From Candidatus Woesearchaeota archaeon (GTDB lineage: Archaea; Nanobdellota; Nanobdellia; Pacearchaeales; GW2011-AR1), in NCBI GenBank assembly GCA_964551115.1, contig CAZKBE010000003.1, positions 1 through 37,136 of the forward strand: a stretch of DNA of 37,136 nucleotides, read 5' to 3'. The first letter of the stretch is position 1. The number at the start of each line of letters is the position of its first letter. A program made the translations under genes and the position numbers. Shown here piece after piece: positions 23,940 through 33,100 of this stretch. Below the pieces are notes generated by a model. The model saw only the letters and a list, made by a program, of their open reading frames with translations. It was not told the origin of the DNA and made no database searches.

Positions 23940-24010
23940 AGCAGACACCAGGAATTGCACCTGGGATCAGAGGGTTGCAGCCTCTTGCCTTGCTACTTGG
24001 CTATGCCTGC
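23940..24010 (-). tRNA. tRNA-Cys (GCA), 71 nt, non-canonical D- and T-loops
   Basis: Hand-folded minus strand: GCAGGCA TA GCC AAGTAGCAA GGC A AGAGG CTGCAAC CCTCT GATC CCAGG TGCAATT CCTGG TGTCTGC T. The acceptor stem is 7 bp with one GU. The anticodon and T stems are perfect 5-bp stems. U33, A37 and the Cys-identity discriminator U73 are present. TTTAAAAA lies about 30 nt upstream. Confidence 0.75.
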
Positions 24011-24419
24011 ATAAATCAAAGGAAGAAAAGAGAGTTTTTAAAGATAATTGTGAAGGTAAATAAAGATAAAAAGAAAAGTAATTTTTATGAAAAATTCTTT
24101 CAGGTTATCTTAGATTAGAAGAGTCACCCAAAGCTAAAACTGTTAAGAAAATAAGAGAAATGTAGGAAATTTAAACACTCTAAGGATTTGAGATGCCTCA
24201 AATGGAAATCAGCTATAACGTCGGTATTTAGTTACAGTCCGTTACCCTAAATATTATCATTATGTCTACGGACTATAATTATCTTTATATAGAAAAAAGA
24301 TTAAGAAATAAAGAAAATCCTCAAATGACCCGCCCCATAATAGACATTACTTGAGACGGGGTCAAATCATACTTACTCAAATAAAAACAGTTTAAAATTT
24401 TAAACCAATTAAGATACTA

Positions 24420-24494
<75 letters not shown>

Positions 24495-24538
24495 AAACAA
24501 GAATATTATAGAAATTTCATATATAAAGCTTACTAAAT

Positions 24539-25039
24539 CTAAGATTCACAAGAATAATCTAAACCGGCCATAATTAAAGCATGCCTACAATCAGTAAAAA
24601 ACTCGCTAATTAAATGCAGCGAATCATCAGGAGCATCATCACTAACACCCACCTTATTAGGAAATCTAGCTGCGTAATATAACCGATACTTTATAGGAGT
24701 ACCATAAAGATCCAAATTAGGAGCCAAATGAGAATCATCAGATACATTGGTTACAGGAATATGCAATTCATGTGCAACCAACTCTTTTGCACGGTGAATC
24801 CAAGGAAGTTGAGTACGTATATAATGAGGAATATCGGTAGGTTGTAAATAGGAATATAAAGATTTTCGTTCTGTATGTTCCAAACCATTGATAACATTAA
24901 ATAAGGGGACTTCACGAGAATCGGAGATTATTTGTTTATCACGATCCGAAAGCTCTCTCCAAAAGTGAAAATTAGAAAATTTAGGCTGGCAAGAAGTATC
25001 ATGCACCTCCTCTCGAGAGTATAGTCTTAAGTATCCCAT
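24539..25039 (-). CDS. hypothetical protein (166 aa)
   Basis: ATG ORF with TTTATATG about 22 nt upstream. No signal peptide and no family recognised. Confidence 0.55.
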   Translation of the reverse strand: MGYLRLYSREEVHDTSCQPKFSNFHFWRELSDRDKQIISDSREVPLFNVINGLEHTERKSLYSYLQPTDIPHYIRTQLPWIHRAKELVAHELHIPVTNVSDDSHLAPNLDLYGTPIKYRLYYAARFPNKVGVSDDAPDDSLHLISEFFTDCRHALIMAGLDYSCES

Positions 25040-25150
25040 TTTATCCCACTAAAACATATAAAGATTTTATGAATTAGACTATTTAAGTCTTTACACTATT
25101 CCATAGTTAAAAATCAATAACTCTATAAATAATAAAAATAACTAAATTAT

Positions 25151-26053
25151 ATGGCAGAAAAAATAAATATTACCTTTCTAGGCACCGGAAGTGCTATACC
25201 TACTCAAAGAAGAAATCACCCTTCAGTCTTTCTAGAGTATAAAGAAAACGGGATATTATTTGACTGCGGCGAAGGAACACAAAGACAGTTTAGAAAAGCA
25301 AAATTAAATCCGTGTAAAGTTACAAAAATATTTATATCTCATTGGCATGGAGATCATGTTTTAGGATTACCAGGACTATTACAGACGTTAATGCTTAATG
25401 GATATAATAAAACACTTGAAATCTATGGCCCTGAAGGAACATATAGGATGATGGATGCTTATCAACAACTTTTTATAAAGAAAGGAAATTCATTCTCAAT
25501 CCATGTAAATGAACTTAAAGAACAAAAAGTTCAAGAAAAAGATTTCTTTATTGAATCTAAAAAAATGCAACATGATTGCCCTTGCCTAGCTTATTCATTT
25601 AACATCCCCGAAAAAACAAGGCTAGATAAAAAGAAACTAGAAAAACTGAAAATTCCAAGTTCACCATTAATTTCAGAATTACTAAAAGGCAAAACAGTAG
25701 AAATAGGTGGCAAGAAAGTTGACGGTAAAAAACTAATATTTACCGAAGAGAAGAAAAAAATATGTTATGTTACCGATACAACAATAAACAAAAATATAGA
25801 AGAATTTGTAAAAGATGCAGATATGATCATTTCTGAGTCAACATATTCTGAAAAAGAAGAAGAACTTGCAGAAAAACATAAACATCTAACATCCAAACAA
25901 ATAGCGGAAATTGCTAAAAAAGCAAAAGCAAAACAATTAGTATTATTCCATCTTTCTCAAAGATATGAAAATCCAAAACAAATCTTAGATGAATCTAAAA
26001 AGATTTTCAAAGAAACAAAAGTAGCAGAGGATTTAGATAAGTTCACAATATAG
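25151..26053 (+). CDS. rnz: ribonuclease Z (tRNA 3' endonuclease)
   Basis: ITFLGTGSAIPT...RNHPSVFL...LFDCGEGTQRQ...ISHWHGDHVLGLPGLL (metallo-beta-lactamase HxHxDH). The 300-aa length is typical of short-form RNase Z. TATAAATAA lies 27 nt upstream. Confidence 0.9.
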   Translation: MAEKINITFLGTGSAIPTQRRNHPSVFLEYKENGILFDCGEGTQRQFRKAKLNPCKVTKIFISHWHGDHVLGLPGLLQTLMLNGYNKTLEIYGPEGTYRMMDAYQQLFIKKGNSFSIHVNELKEQKVQEKDFFIESKKMQHDCPCLAYSFNIPEKTRLDKKKLEKLKIPSSPLISELLKGKTVEIGGKKVDGKKLIFTEEKKKICYVTDTTINKNIEEFVKDADMIISESTYSEKEEELAEKHKHLTSKQIAEIAKKAKAKQLVLFHLSQRYENPKQILDESKKIFKETKVAEDLDKFTI

Positions 26054-26055
26054 TT

Positions 26056-27300
26056 CTAAAGGTTTAATTTAACTGAATAAATTTGTTTATCTACAATCTT
26101 AACTACCACTAATTTGCCTTTTTTAAGGATTAATTCATAACCTTGTTTAGGGATTTTCCCAAATTTAGAAATAATAAAAGAACTAATAGTCTCTGACTCA
26201 AGCCCATCAATCTTAAGAGATGTCTTTTTCATTATCTCCCTAAGGGTAACCTCCCCATTTAATAAGAATTCTTTCTTTCCGATTTTTCTAATAAGGTGGC
26301 CCTCATTTTCATCCTCATCGTAAATCTCGCCAACAATCTCTTCTAAAAGATCTTCTAAAGTAATCAAACCAACAACTTCCTTCTTTTCATTTATGACTAT
26401 TGCCATCTGAACCTTTTTATGTTGCATTTCTTTAAACAGATCATCAATTGGCTTAGATTCTAGAACAAATAAAGGTTTTGAAGAGATAGCACCAACTTCT
26501 AAATTAACCATATTTTTCTCTAAACTATTCAGAACATCACGTAAATGAAAGATACCAACTAGATTATTATTCGTTCCCTCATAAACAGGGACTCTAGAAT
26601 AACCCTCTTCTAAAAGACTTTTTAGAACGAGTTTAATTTTCAGTTTAGAATCAATAGAGTAAACTTTGGATATTGGAGTCATGATATTTTTAACAATCTT
26701 ATCATCAAACTGAAAAATTCTATGTATTAAATGTTTTTCGTAATTATCTATTCCCCCTTCATCACTTCCAACACTAACCATTGTACGAATTTCTTCTTCA
26801 GTAATACGATCATTTGGTTTGTGGTTTCTAGAAGCTAAGCGAGTAATAAAATCAAAAAAGAAGATTATAGGAGTAAATAAAATGCTTAAAAAATAAACCG
26901 GTTTGATCAAAAACCCTATACATTTCTCATAATGGGTATGTGCCCAAGTTTTAGGCATAATTTCCCCAAAAATAAGCACAATCAAGGTACTTACACCGGT
27001 TGTTACACCTGCGATAGTAGCTTTACTCCAAATTAAACCATGAGCAAGCAAATATTCAGAACTAGATAATGTGACAATAGAAGCTATAGCAATATTAACA
27101 ATATTATTCCCAATTAATAAGGTAGATAATAACTTCCTAGGATTATCCTTTAATTTTTGGACTAGAAGATAATCTTTCTTCTTTTTCCTGATATACTCCT
27201 TATACTTAAACTTTCCAAGAGACATAAATGCAGTTTCAGCTCCTGAGAAGAAAGCAGATAAGGTCAATAAAATCGCAATGATTATTATTTCTGTTAACAT
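26056..27300 (-). CDS. CNNM/CorC-HlyC family transporter (DUF21 membrane domain + CBS pair + CorC_HlyC domain)
   Basis: Four N-terminal TM helices, GEIMPK, a CBS pair (VKNIMTP...VPVY; VGIFHLRDV...), and the C-terminal LEEIVGEIYDE followed by the transporter-associated domain. Confidence 0.85.
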   Translation of the reverse strand: MLTEIIIIAILLTLSAFFSGAETAFMSLGKFKYKEYIRKKKKDYLLVQKLKDNPRKLLSTLLIGNNIVNIAIASIVTLSSSEYLLAHGLIWSKATIAGVTTGVSTLIVLIFGEIMPKTWAHTHYEKCIGFLIKPVYFLSILFTPIIFFFDFITRLASRNHKPNDRITEEEIRTMVSVGSDEGGIDNYEKHLIHRIFQFDDKIVKNIMTPISKVYSIDSKLKIKLVLKSLLEEGYSRVPVYEGTNNNLVGIFHLRDVLNSLEKNMVNLEVGAISSKPLFVLESKPIDDLFKEMQHKKVQMAIVINEKKEVVGLITLEDLLEEIVGEIYDEDENEGHLIRKIGKKEFLLNGEVTLREIMKKTSLKIDGLESETISSFIISKFGKIPKQGYELILKKGKLVVVKIVDKQIYSVKLNL

Positions 27301-27485
27301 GTTCTTAGATTATATCTAGTTAAAATGATTTAAAAAGATATCTAATCCGTCGTGAGAAAACATATAAGGATTTGATTAAAGAAAGAATATTAAAAAGAAA
27401 ATTCCTACTCCAAGTAAATATGTCTAGAACATTAATTAAAGCCAGCAAAAGCTAAGCTTAATCTTCTAGAAGCCGTGTCGTAGCG

Positions 27486-27492
27486 AAAAAAA
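27486..27492 (-). terminator. oligo-T (T7) tract downstream of the LSm gene
   Basis: The minus strand reads TAAgcgtttgtcgagTTTTTTTcgc. Archaeal termination commonly occurs at oligo-T tracts. It is a single tract, so support is weak. Confidence 0.3.
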
Positions 27493-27504
27493 CTCGACAA
27501 ACGC

Positions 27505-27741
27505 TTACTGTGGTGAAGGAGAAATAAAAATAATGGTATCCCCTCTTAAGAAAGTAAGCCCGTATTTTCGAGTTTGTTGTCCATTCTCGATCTCTTTAGC
27601 ATTATCCAAAACCACATTGATGTGGATGTCAAATGCCTTAAGAGTTCCAACCATTTGCTTACCGCTCTTAAGCTGTACCAAAATCTCCTTGCCTTTAGAA
27701 CTATTCAACAAGTCCAAAGGTCTATCAATTCCGTTAGCCAT
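27505..27741 (-). CDS. Sm-like (LSm) archaeal RNA-binding protein
   Basis: PLDLLNSSKGKEILVQLKSGKQMVGTLKAFDIHINVVLDNAKE (Sm1) and LTFLRGDTIIFISP (Sm2). Confidence 0.9.
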   Translation of the reverse strand: MANGIDRPLDLLNSSKGKEILVQLKSGKQMVGTLKAFDIHINVVLDNAKEIENGQQTRKYGLTFLRGDTIIFISPSPQ

Positions 27742-27802
27742 AATCTTTAACTTAAAGACTTAGTTTTTAAAGTTATCTAATTCTCTACAAAAAAGATTAA
27801 TT

Positions 27803-27818
27803 CGAAAGGTATTTAAAG
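27803..27818 (+). promoter_or_regulatory. BRE/TATA (cgaaaggtATTTAAAg) for rps8e
   Basis: The TATA starts 28 nt upstream of ATG 27839. It has the same cGAAAG-N-TTTAAA architecture as the tfb promoter. Confidence 0.45.
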
Positions 27819-27838
27819 CAACCCTTACAAAAAAAATT

Positions 27839-28198
27839 ATGAAAACAGGAAGAAAATTATCTGGTGGAAGATATAAGAAAGCAAAGAAGAGAAAGAAATA
27901 TGAAATAAAGGGCCAGACCAGAATTGTAAAACTTGGCGAGAAAAAAACAAAATTAATGAGAATGCTAGGCGGAAAAAGAAAAACAGTTTCTCTTTCTCAA
28001 AATAAGATTAATGTTGTAAAGAATGGAAAGGCTAAAGTAGCGGATATTAAGAATGTTATTGAAACACCTTCGAATAGATTCTTAGCTAGACAAAATATAT
28101 TAGTTAAAGGAGCAATTATAGAAACAAGTTTAGGAAAAGCAAAAATAACAAATAAGCCTAGTCAAGAAGGCAATGTACAAGGTATTTTAATAGAATAA
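27839..28198 (+). CDS. rps8e: 30S ribosomal protein S8e
   Basis: GRKLSGGRYKKAKKRKKYE...LGGKRK...ETPSNRFLARQNILVKGAIIETSLGKAKITNKPSQEGNVQGILIE matches the archaeal S8e pattern. Confidence 0.85.
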   Translation: MKTGRKLSGGRYKKAKKRKKYEIKGQTRIVKLGEKKTKLMRMLGGKRKTVSLSQNKINVVKNGKAKVADIKNVIETPSNRFLARQNILVKGAIIETSLGKAKITNKPSQEGNVQGILIE

Positions 28199-28238
28199 TT
28201 TTTCTGCAAATATTTACCGTCGGTGATAAATTTTAGAA

Positions 28239-28272
28239 CCGAAAGCTTTAAAAAGCCGAAAGCTTTAAAAAG
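28239..28272 (+). promoter_or_regulatory. two exact tandem copies of a 17-bp BRE/TATA unit (ccgaaagctttaaaaag) upstream of tfb
   Basis: Copy 1 is 28239-28255 and copy 2 is 28256-28272. TTTAAAAA starts 32 nt (copy 1) and 15 nt (copy 2) upstream of ATG 28279. Confidence 0.55.
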
Positions 28273-28278
28273 CTTACG

Positions 28279-29241
28279 ATGTCCTCTCCAAAAACTTGTC
28301 CTGAATGCGGAAGCTCAAATCTTATTTTTGATGAAGTTAAAAGTGAAATAATTTGTGGGGACTGTGGTCTAATTGTAGAAGAAAAAATGGTCGATACGAC
28401 CCATGAATTGAGAGCATTTGATAAAGGTGAAAAAAGAGGGAGAGGCGGTGCACCAATTTCTATGCAGAAATTTGATAAAGGATTAACAACAAATGTTGGA
28501 GAAATCTCAGACATATATAAATTAGACTCCGGTGCACAAACAAGAAAGTATTTGAGGATTAGACAATGGCAAGAAAGAGTATCAACGTCAATAGAAAGAA
28601 ACTTAAGACAAGCGATGGCCGAATTAAGAAAAGTATCTTCATATTTAGACTTGCCCCCAGTCGTTAGAGAAGAAGCAGCAAGAGTTTATAATTTTGTTTT
28701 ACAAAGAGGATTAGTAAGAGGAAGAAGTATGGAATCAGTAATAGCTTCATGTATTTACGCTGCTTGTCGTTCATATAATATCCCAAGAACACTTGATGAA
28801 ATTTCAATTGCATCCGAAGTTGAAAGAAAAGAAATAGGAAGAACTTACAGATTTATAATTCGTAAAATTGGAATAAGACCTCAACCAAGTTCGCCTAGAG
28901 ACTATATTTCAAGATTTGGATCTACATTACATTTATCTCCAAAGGTACAACATGGAGCACACGTAATACTTCAAAAAGAAGAAATCTCAGAACTTATGTC
29001 TGGAAGAGGTCCTGCAGGAATATCTGCAGCGGCATTATATGTTTCTGCATTACTTAACGATGAAAAAAAGACACAAAGAGAAGTTGCAGATGTTGCAGGA
29101 ATAACAGAGGTTACAATAAGAAATAGATACAAAGAATTATTAGATAAGCTTAATCTAGAAGAAAAAATAAAGATGAAAGAAGCTGAAAAAGACAGAATAA
29201 AAAAAGAGCTTAAAGAATCTAAAAAATTAAAGAAGGAATAA
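28279..29241 (+). CDS. tfb: transcription initiation factor IIB (TFB)
   Basis: Zn ribbon CPECGSSNLIFDEVKSEIICGDCG, a B-reader/linker, and two cyclin folds (..ASCIYAACR.., ..AAALYVSA..ITEVTIRNRYKEL). It also has an unusual ~35-aa Lys/Glu-rich C-terminal tail. Confidence 0.95.
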   Translation: MSSPKTCPECGSSNLIFDEVKSEIICGDCGLIVEEKMVDTTHELRAFDKGEKRGRGGAPISMQKFDKGLTTNVGEISDIYKLDSGAQTRKYLRIRQWQERVSTSIERNLRQAMAELRKVSSYLDLPPVVREEAARVYNFVLQRGLVRGRSMESVIASCIYAACRSYNIPRTLDEISIASEVERKEIGRTYRFIIRKIGIRPQPSSPRDYISRFGSTLHLSPKVQHGAHVILQKEEISELMSGRGPAGISAAALYVSALLNDEKKTQREVADVAGITEVTIRNRYKELLDKLNLEEKIKMKEAEKDRIKKELKESKKLKKE

Positions 29242-29243
29242 CT

Positions 29244-29993
29244 ATGACTTTCCTTATTATAACCAAGGAAAAGGATACTCCTTTACCGAAATGTCTTCAA
29301 CAAATAACTAACAAAACTGTTATTTGGAAAAATAAACTGTCTAAAGAACGCTTTAAAAAAGAGGACATAATAATTACTCTTGGAGGCGATGGAACATTTT
29401 TATCCGCATCTCATTTTCTAACAAATCAACTAATACTGGGCGTGAATACTAACCCTCAAAAAAGTGAAGGACATCTAACTACTGCTAATTTAACAAATTT
29501 AGAAAATAAACTAAAACAAATATCTAATAAAAAAATAAGAATAAAAGAATATACACGAGAAAATGTAAAAATATTCAAAAAGGATATGTGTATAACAACT
29601 GAAAACGCACTTAACGAAACATATTTTGGAAATCTAAATCCTCATCACCCCTCAAATTACGAGATCATTTATAAAAATAAAAGGGAATCTCAAAGAAGTT
29701 CAGGCGTACTAATATCTACAGGGACAGGTTCTACCGCATGGTATAAGGCAATGAATGGATGGAGATATGATAAAACAAAAAAACAACTAAGGTTTAGAAT
29801 AAGGGAACTGTTTACAGGAAGAATTTTTAAAGCAAAAATAAAGAAAGGCAAAATAAATCCCCAAGAAAAGCTAATAATTATATCTAGAATAAATCATGGC
29901 ATTCTGGCAATTGACTCAATAAGAACCTATAAAATTCATCAAGGAGATAGAATAGAAACTTCGATAGGTGAACCATTAAGAGTCATACAATAA
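29244..29993 (+). CDS. nadK: NAD kinase
   Basis: ITLGGDGTFL (GGDG), NETYF, and ISTGTGSTAWYKAMNG (NADK STPTGSTAY-type motif). It starts 2 nt after the tfb stop. Confidence 0.8.
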   Translation: MTFLIITKEKDTPLPKCLQQITNKTVIWKNKLSKERFKKEDIIITLGGDGTFLSASHFLTNQLILGVNTNPQKSEGHLTTANLTNLENKLKQISNKKIRIKEYTRENVKIFKKDMCITTENALNETYFGNLNPHHPSNYEIIYKNKRESQRSSGVLISTGTGSTAWYKAMNGWRYDKTKKQLRFRIRELFTGRIFKAKIKKGKINPQEKLIIISRINHGILAIDSIRTYKIHQGDRIETSIGEPLRVIQ

Positions 29994-30040
29994 TTTATCT
30001 TCCTAAAGCTTTTTAAGTCTATAAAGTATAACCATTTTGT

Positions 30041-30123
30041 GGGGAGATGCCGGAGTGGTCAAACGGGCCAGACTCAAAATCTGGTAGCGCAAGCTTACGG
30101 GGGTTCGAATCCTCCTTTCCCCA
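30041..30123 (+). tRNA. tRNA-Leu (CAA), 83 nt, type II with long variable arm
   Basis: Hand fold: GGGGAGA TG CCG GAGTGGTCAAA CGG G CCAGA CTCAAAA TCTGG TAGCGCAAGCTTAC GGGGG TTCGAAT CCTCC TTTCCCC A. The discriminator is A73. TTTTTAAG lies about 29 nt upstream. Confidence 0.9.
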
Positions 30124-30157
30124 TAAGATTCTAAATTAAAACAGAGTTAAATTATTT

Positions 30158-33100
30158 TTAAATAGTTGAAGAAGGATCAAAGCTATATGTAGAAGTAGAA
30201 ATTGCTTCTGTAGGAAGACCACTAATTATTGGCTCTGGATTAGTTTGTCCTTTTTTTACAATAGTTATAACCAGTTTTCCATTTGTTAAAGTATCAATTT
30301 TCTTAACCTCATAAACATTTCCAGCTTTATTCAATAAATGACCCACCTTTAACTCCCCAAGAGTAGAAGGAATTTTAAATTCTGGAGGAGTTATACTAGT
30401 AGAAACAGAAGGTAATGAAACAGATAAAGCAGCTGGTGGAGATTTATCTAAAGCTTTCAAGTAAACAATTTTTTCATAAAGTTTATATTTCCAATAAACG
30501 GCTTGGGCTTGGTAAAGATTAGAATAACCTCTTGTATTTAATTCCGTAATGTTTCCTAGAATGAAAGGAGTTTGATCAATAAGATTCTCTTTACTAAGTG
30601 TTACAATCATTTTCTTTATCTCAATAATTTTATCCTGACTAGCAGGTTCAGACATAGTCCCATCCTGTTTATTTAAGAGTTCTAAATTTTTCTCTGCCTG
30701 GGCGATAGTTCCCGCAACATCTAAGATCTGTCCAGCACTTTGTTTAACAGATTCTTCATCAAGCCAGCAAGTAATAGCCTTATCTCCACAATAACCTGCA
30801 GGTTTCCAATTAGCTTGTTTCGCTGTTCCCTCACCCGGATTAACACTTGAACAAATTCTAACAATACCTTGTAAATCAATTCTCGGATCAATCACATTAG
30901 TAACTGCTGCTTGAGGGTTTATTGAAGTAAAACCAACAACAGAAGCACTTCCCTGTTGACATTCTTTCTCAGTAGTTATCTCCGTTTGAGCAGCTTGCTT
31001 TGCTCTATATGCCTCTGTGAGCTTATTCACTCCAAAATCTGTAGTAACTTGTTTGAAACCACATTCTTCGTTTCCATTGATAGAAACACAAAGTTCCTTA
31101 TAGCCTGCAGGAGCTGTAAAGTCTTTAGAGACCTGTTTCTGATCTCCTTTCGCAATAAACCCTGTTTCAACATTAATGTAAGGTATTCCAGCATAATAAC
31201 TTGAAGTTGGGGGATTCTTTAGATAAATAGAATAACTAACTCCTTGGTCATTTCCAGCAAAAATATGTGCAAAAACCTTATACTGAGATGTTGGAGGAAC
31301 TGTTGCACCAGTATGTGGAACCTCTTGGAACTCACCATAAAATTGATGCGGAGATTCAGGAGCAAGTAAGGAATCTAACGCTTCAGCCGTTGTAGGGAAA
31401 CTGGTTCCAACAAAAGCGTTACAAACTTCAGTACCCATTTCCTGAACATTTCCTAATTTAAATGCAGTAAACGAATTCTTGCCATAGGTATTCTTAAAAT
31501 AATCTAAACTAGACTCCATATTACTCCAAGATTTCTGGAAAGTCATATATTCTCCTCCGCCAGCTTTTTGTTTACCTGTCAAAGCAGAGAAAATATTAGG
31601 CAAGAAGTTACTCATTAAGGGTTGGAACTGATTCCAAAATAAATTACAAGTATAGATAGCAGTCATATAATCGCACATACCAACATAAGCTCCGGTCTTG
31701 GCATTCTCATTCAAACAATCTCTTTGAGCCTTCAAAATGGAAGTATAAGCTTCAAGTCCTGCATGAACCCCTGTTAAACAAATAGGAACATAAACATCCC
31801 CTCCAAATAATTTGAAATTAGGTAAACATAAAACTAAACTCCCAATAATACCTGATTGTATAACGCTTGAAACCTTATTAGTCCCACCAAGATCACATCT
31901 TGAAACAGGACACATAACCGGATCGCAAACATTAAACATAAATTCACATTCACCCGGACTCATGAAGTCTTGACATTGCTCAATTGGTCCATCTTCTCCA
32001 ACCGGACTTCCCCTATCTGCAGTAACTTCTTCTCTTCCAGAAATACGAATGGTAATCTTGCCTTTAGAAGAATATTGTCTTCCAGCCTGTCTTAAAGCCT
32101 CTTGAGCATCAGTAATCAATTTATCCATGTCTTGAACACTTAAGATACAACCAGCAATATTCCGTATTTCACTAGTCTTTTGATTAATGTTTACAGAAGT
32201 ACAAGCATCGTCCGGAGTTTGCCTCAAATCTCTTCCTACATTACAAATCGAAAAAGTTTGAGGAATGGCAGAAGAAGTATAACCTTGAGCCTGATCAGAA
32301 AATAATCCTCCCTGAGAATTAGATATCTTAACATACCACCCAATTACCTTATCAAATGGAACAGAAGCTGCAAGCCCTTTTGAACTTCCACTATCATAAT
32401 AACTAACTGTTGGTTTAATATTTGCATTTCTACATTGTCCAGGAGAAATAAAAACAGAATTGACTAAAACACCATAATCCTCGCCAGAAGTTACTTGAAC
32501 CCATTTATCCCCTGTCAAATTAAAAACCTGACTAACTCTCCTCTTTCCACCATCTTCGCTAGTTAAACTAATTAAATATTTCTTGTCCTTAAGATACATC
32601 ATTTGAACAGGAGTTTCAGAAGTTAAACCATTAAGATTAGGAATAATATCTTTTACAAATTTACCATTCCAAACATACTCTTCAGTATTTGCGGTTCGAA
32701 CAATAATTCCCCCTTCTTGAGGATTATCGGTTAAAACTTTTGTGTCTCTGACTCGGTAAACAAGAGGTAATAACTTTGCGTCTCGATCGCCTTTAACTTT
32801 AATCTTTAATTGAGGAGAAATTTCAGAATTATCCCTTAATTTCTCATAAAGCATATAAGCTCGAATCTCATCCCAAGAACTTAAATTTCCAGCACCTAAA
32901 TTTACAAAACCAGCACCCGTACTAATATTTTCAATAAGTTTTGCAGAGAATTTATCTTTAACAAATTTAGTAATATTCTTTTCAGAACCAATCTCCTTAT
33001 TTATTGATTCAATGGCAGCAGTATATGCTGCAGTATCCTTATTAATTTTAGAACTCTGAGTATTATAACAAGCATCAAGTGTTTGGGGAGTTCCAAAGGT

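Noticed and set aside
23906-24118. 70-aa plus-strand ORF.
   Set aside because: It overlaps the well-folding tRNA-Cys gene on the opposite strand. Its sequence is a basic low-complexity tail, so it is judged spurious.
24327-24365. GC-rich complementary segments, considered as a split-tRNA-half leader of the Nanoarchaeum type or as a structured ncRNA.
   Set aside because: Pairing is only 5-7 bp with mismatches, and no flanking tRNA half could be folded by hand. It is kept only as part of the low-interest ORF-free-gap finding.
27301-27504. A search for the small ribosomal protein L37e gene that often follows the archaeal Sm gene.
   Set aside because: No ORF longer than about 15 codons exists on either strand, and no Cys-X2-Cys zinc-ribbon peptide is present. 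The region appears non-coding, with only an oligo-T tract.
27533-27763. 76-aa ORF antisense to the LSm gene, and an 88-aa ORF (28248-28514) antisense to tfb.
   Set aside because: The opposite-strand genes have unambiguous Sm and TFB motifs.
29140-29241. Lys/Glu-rich ~35-aa C-terminal tail of TFB, considered as a possible extra domain.
   Set aside because: It is a low-complexity charged tail typical of AT-rich genomes. There is no evidence of function from sequence alone, so it is noted only in the feature evidence.
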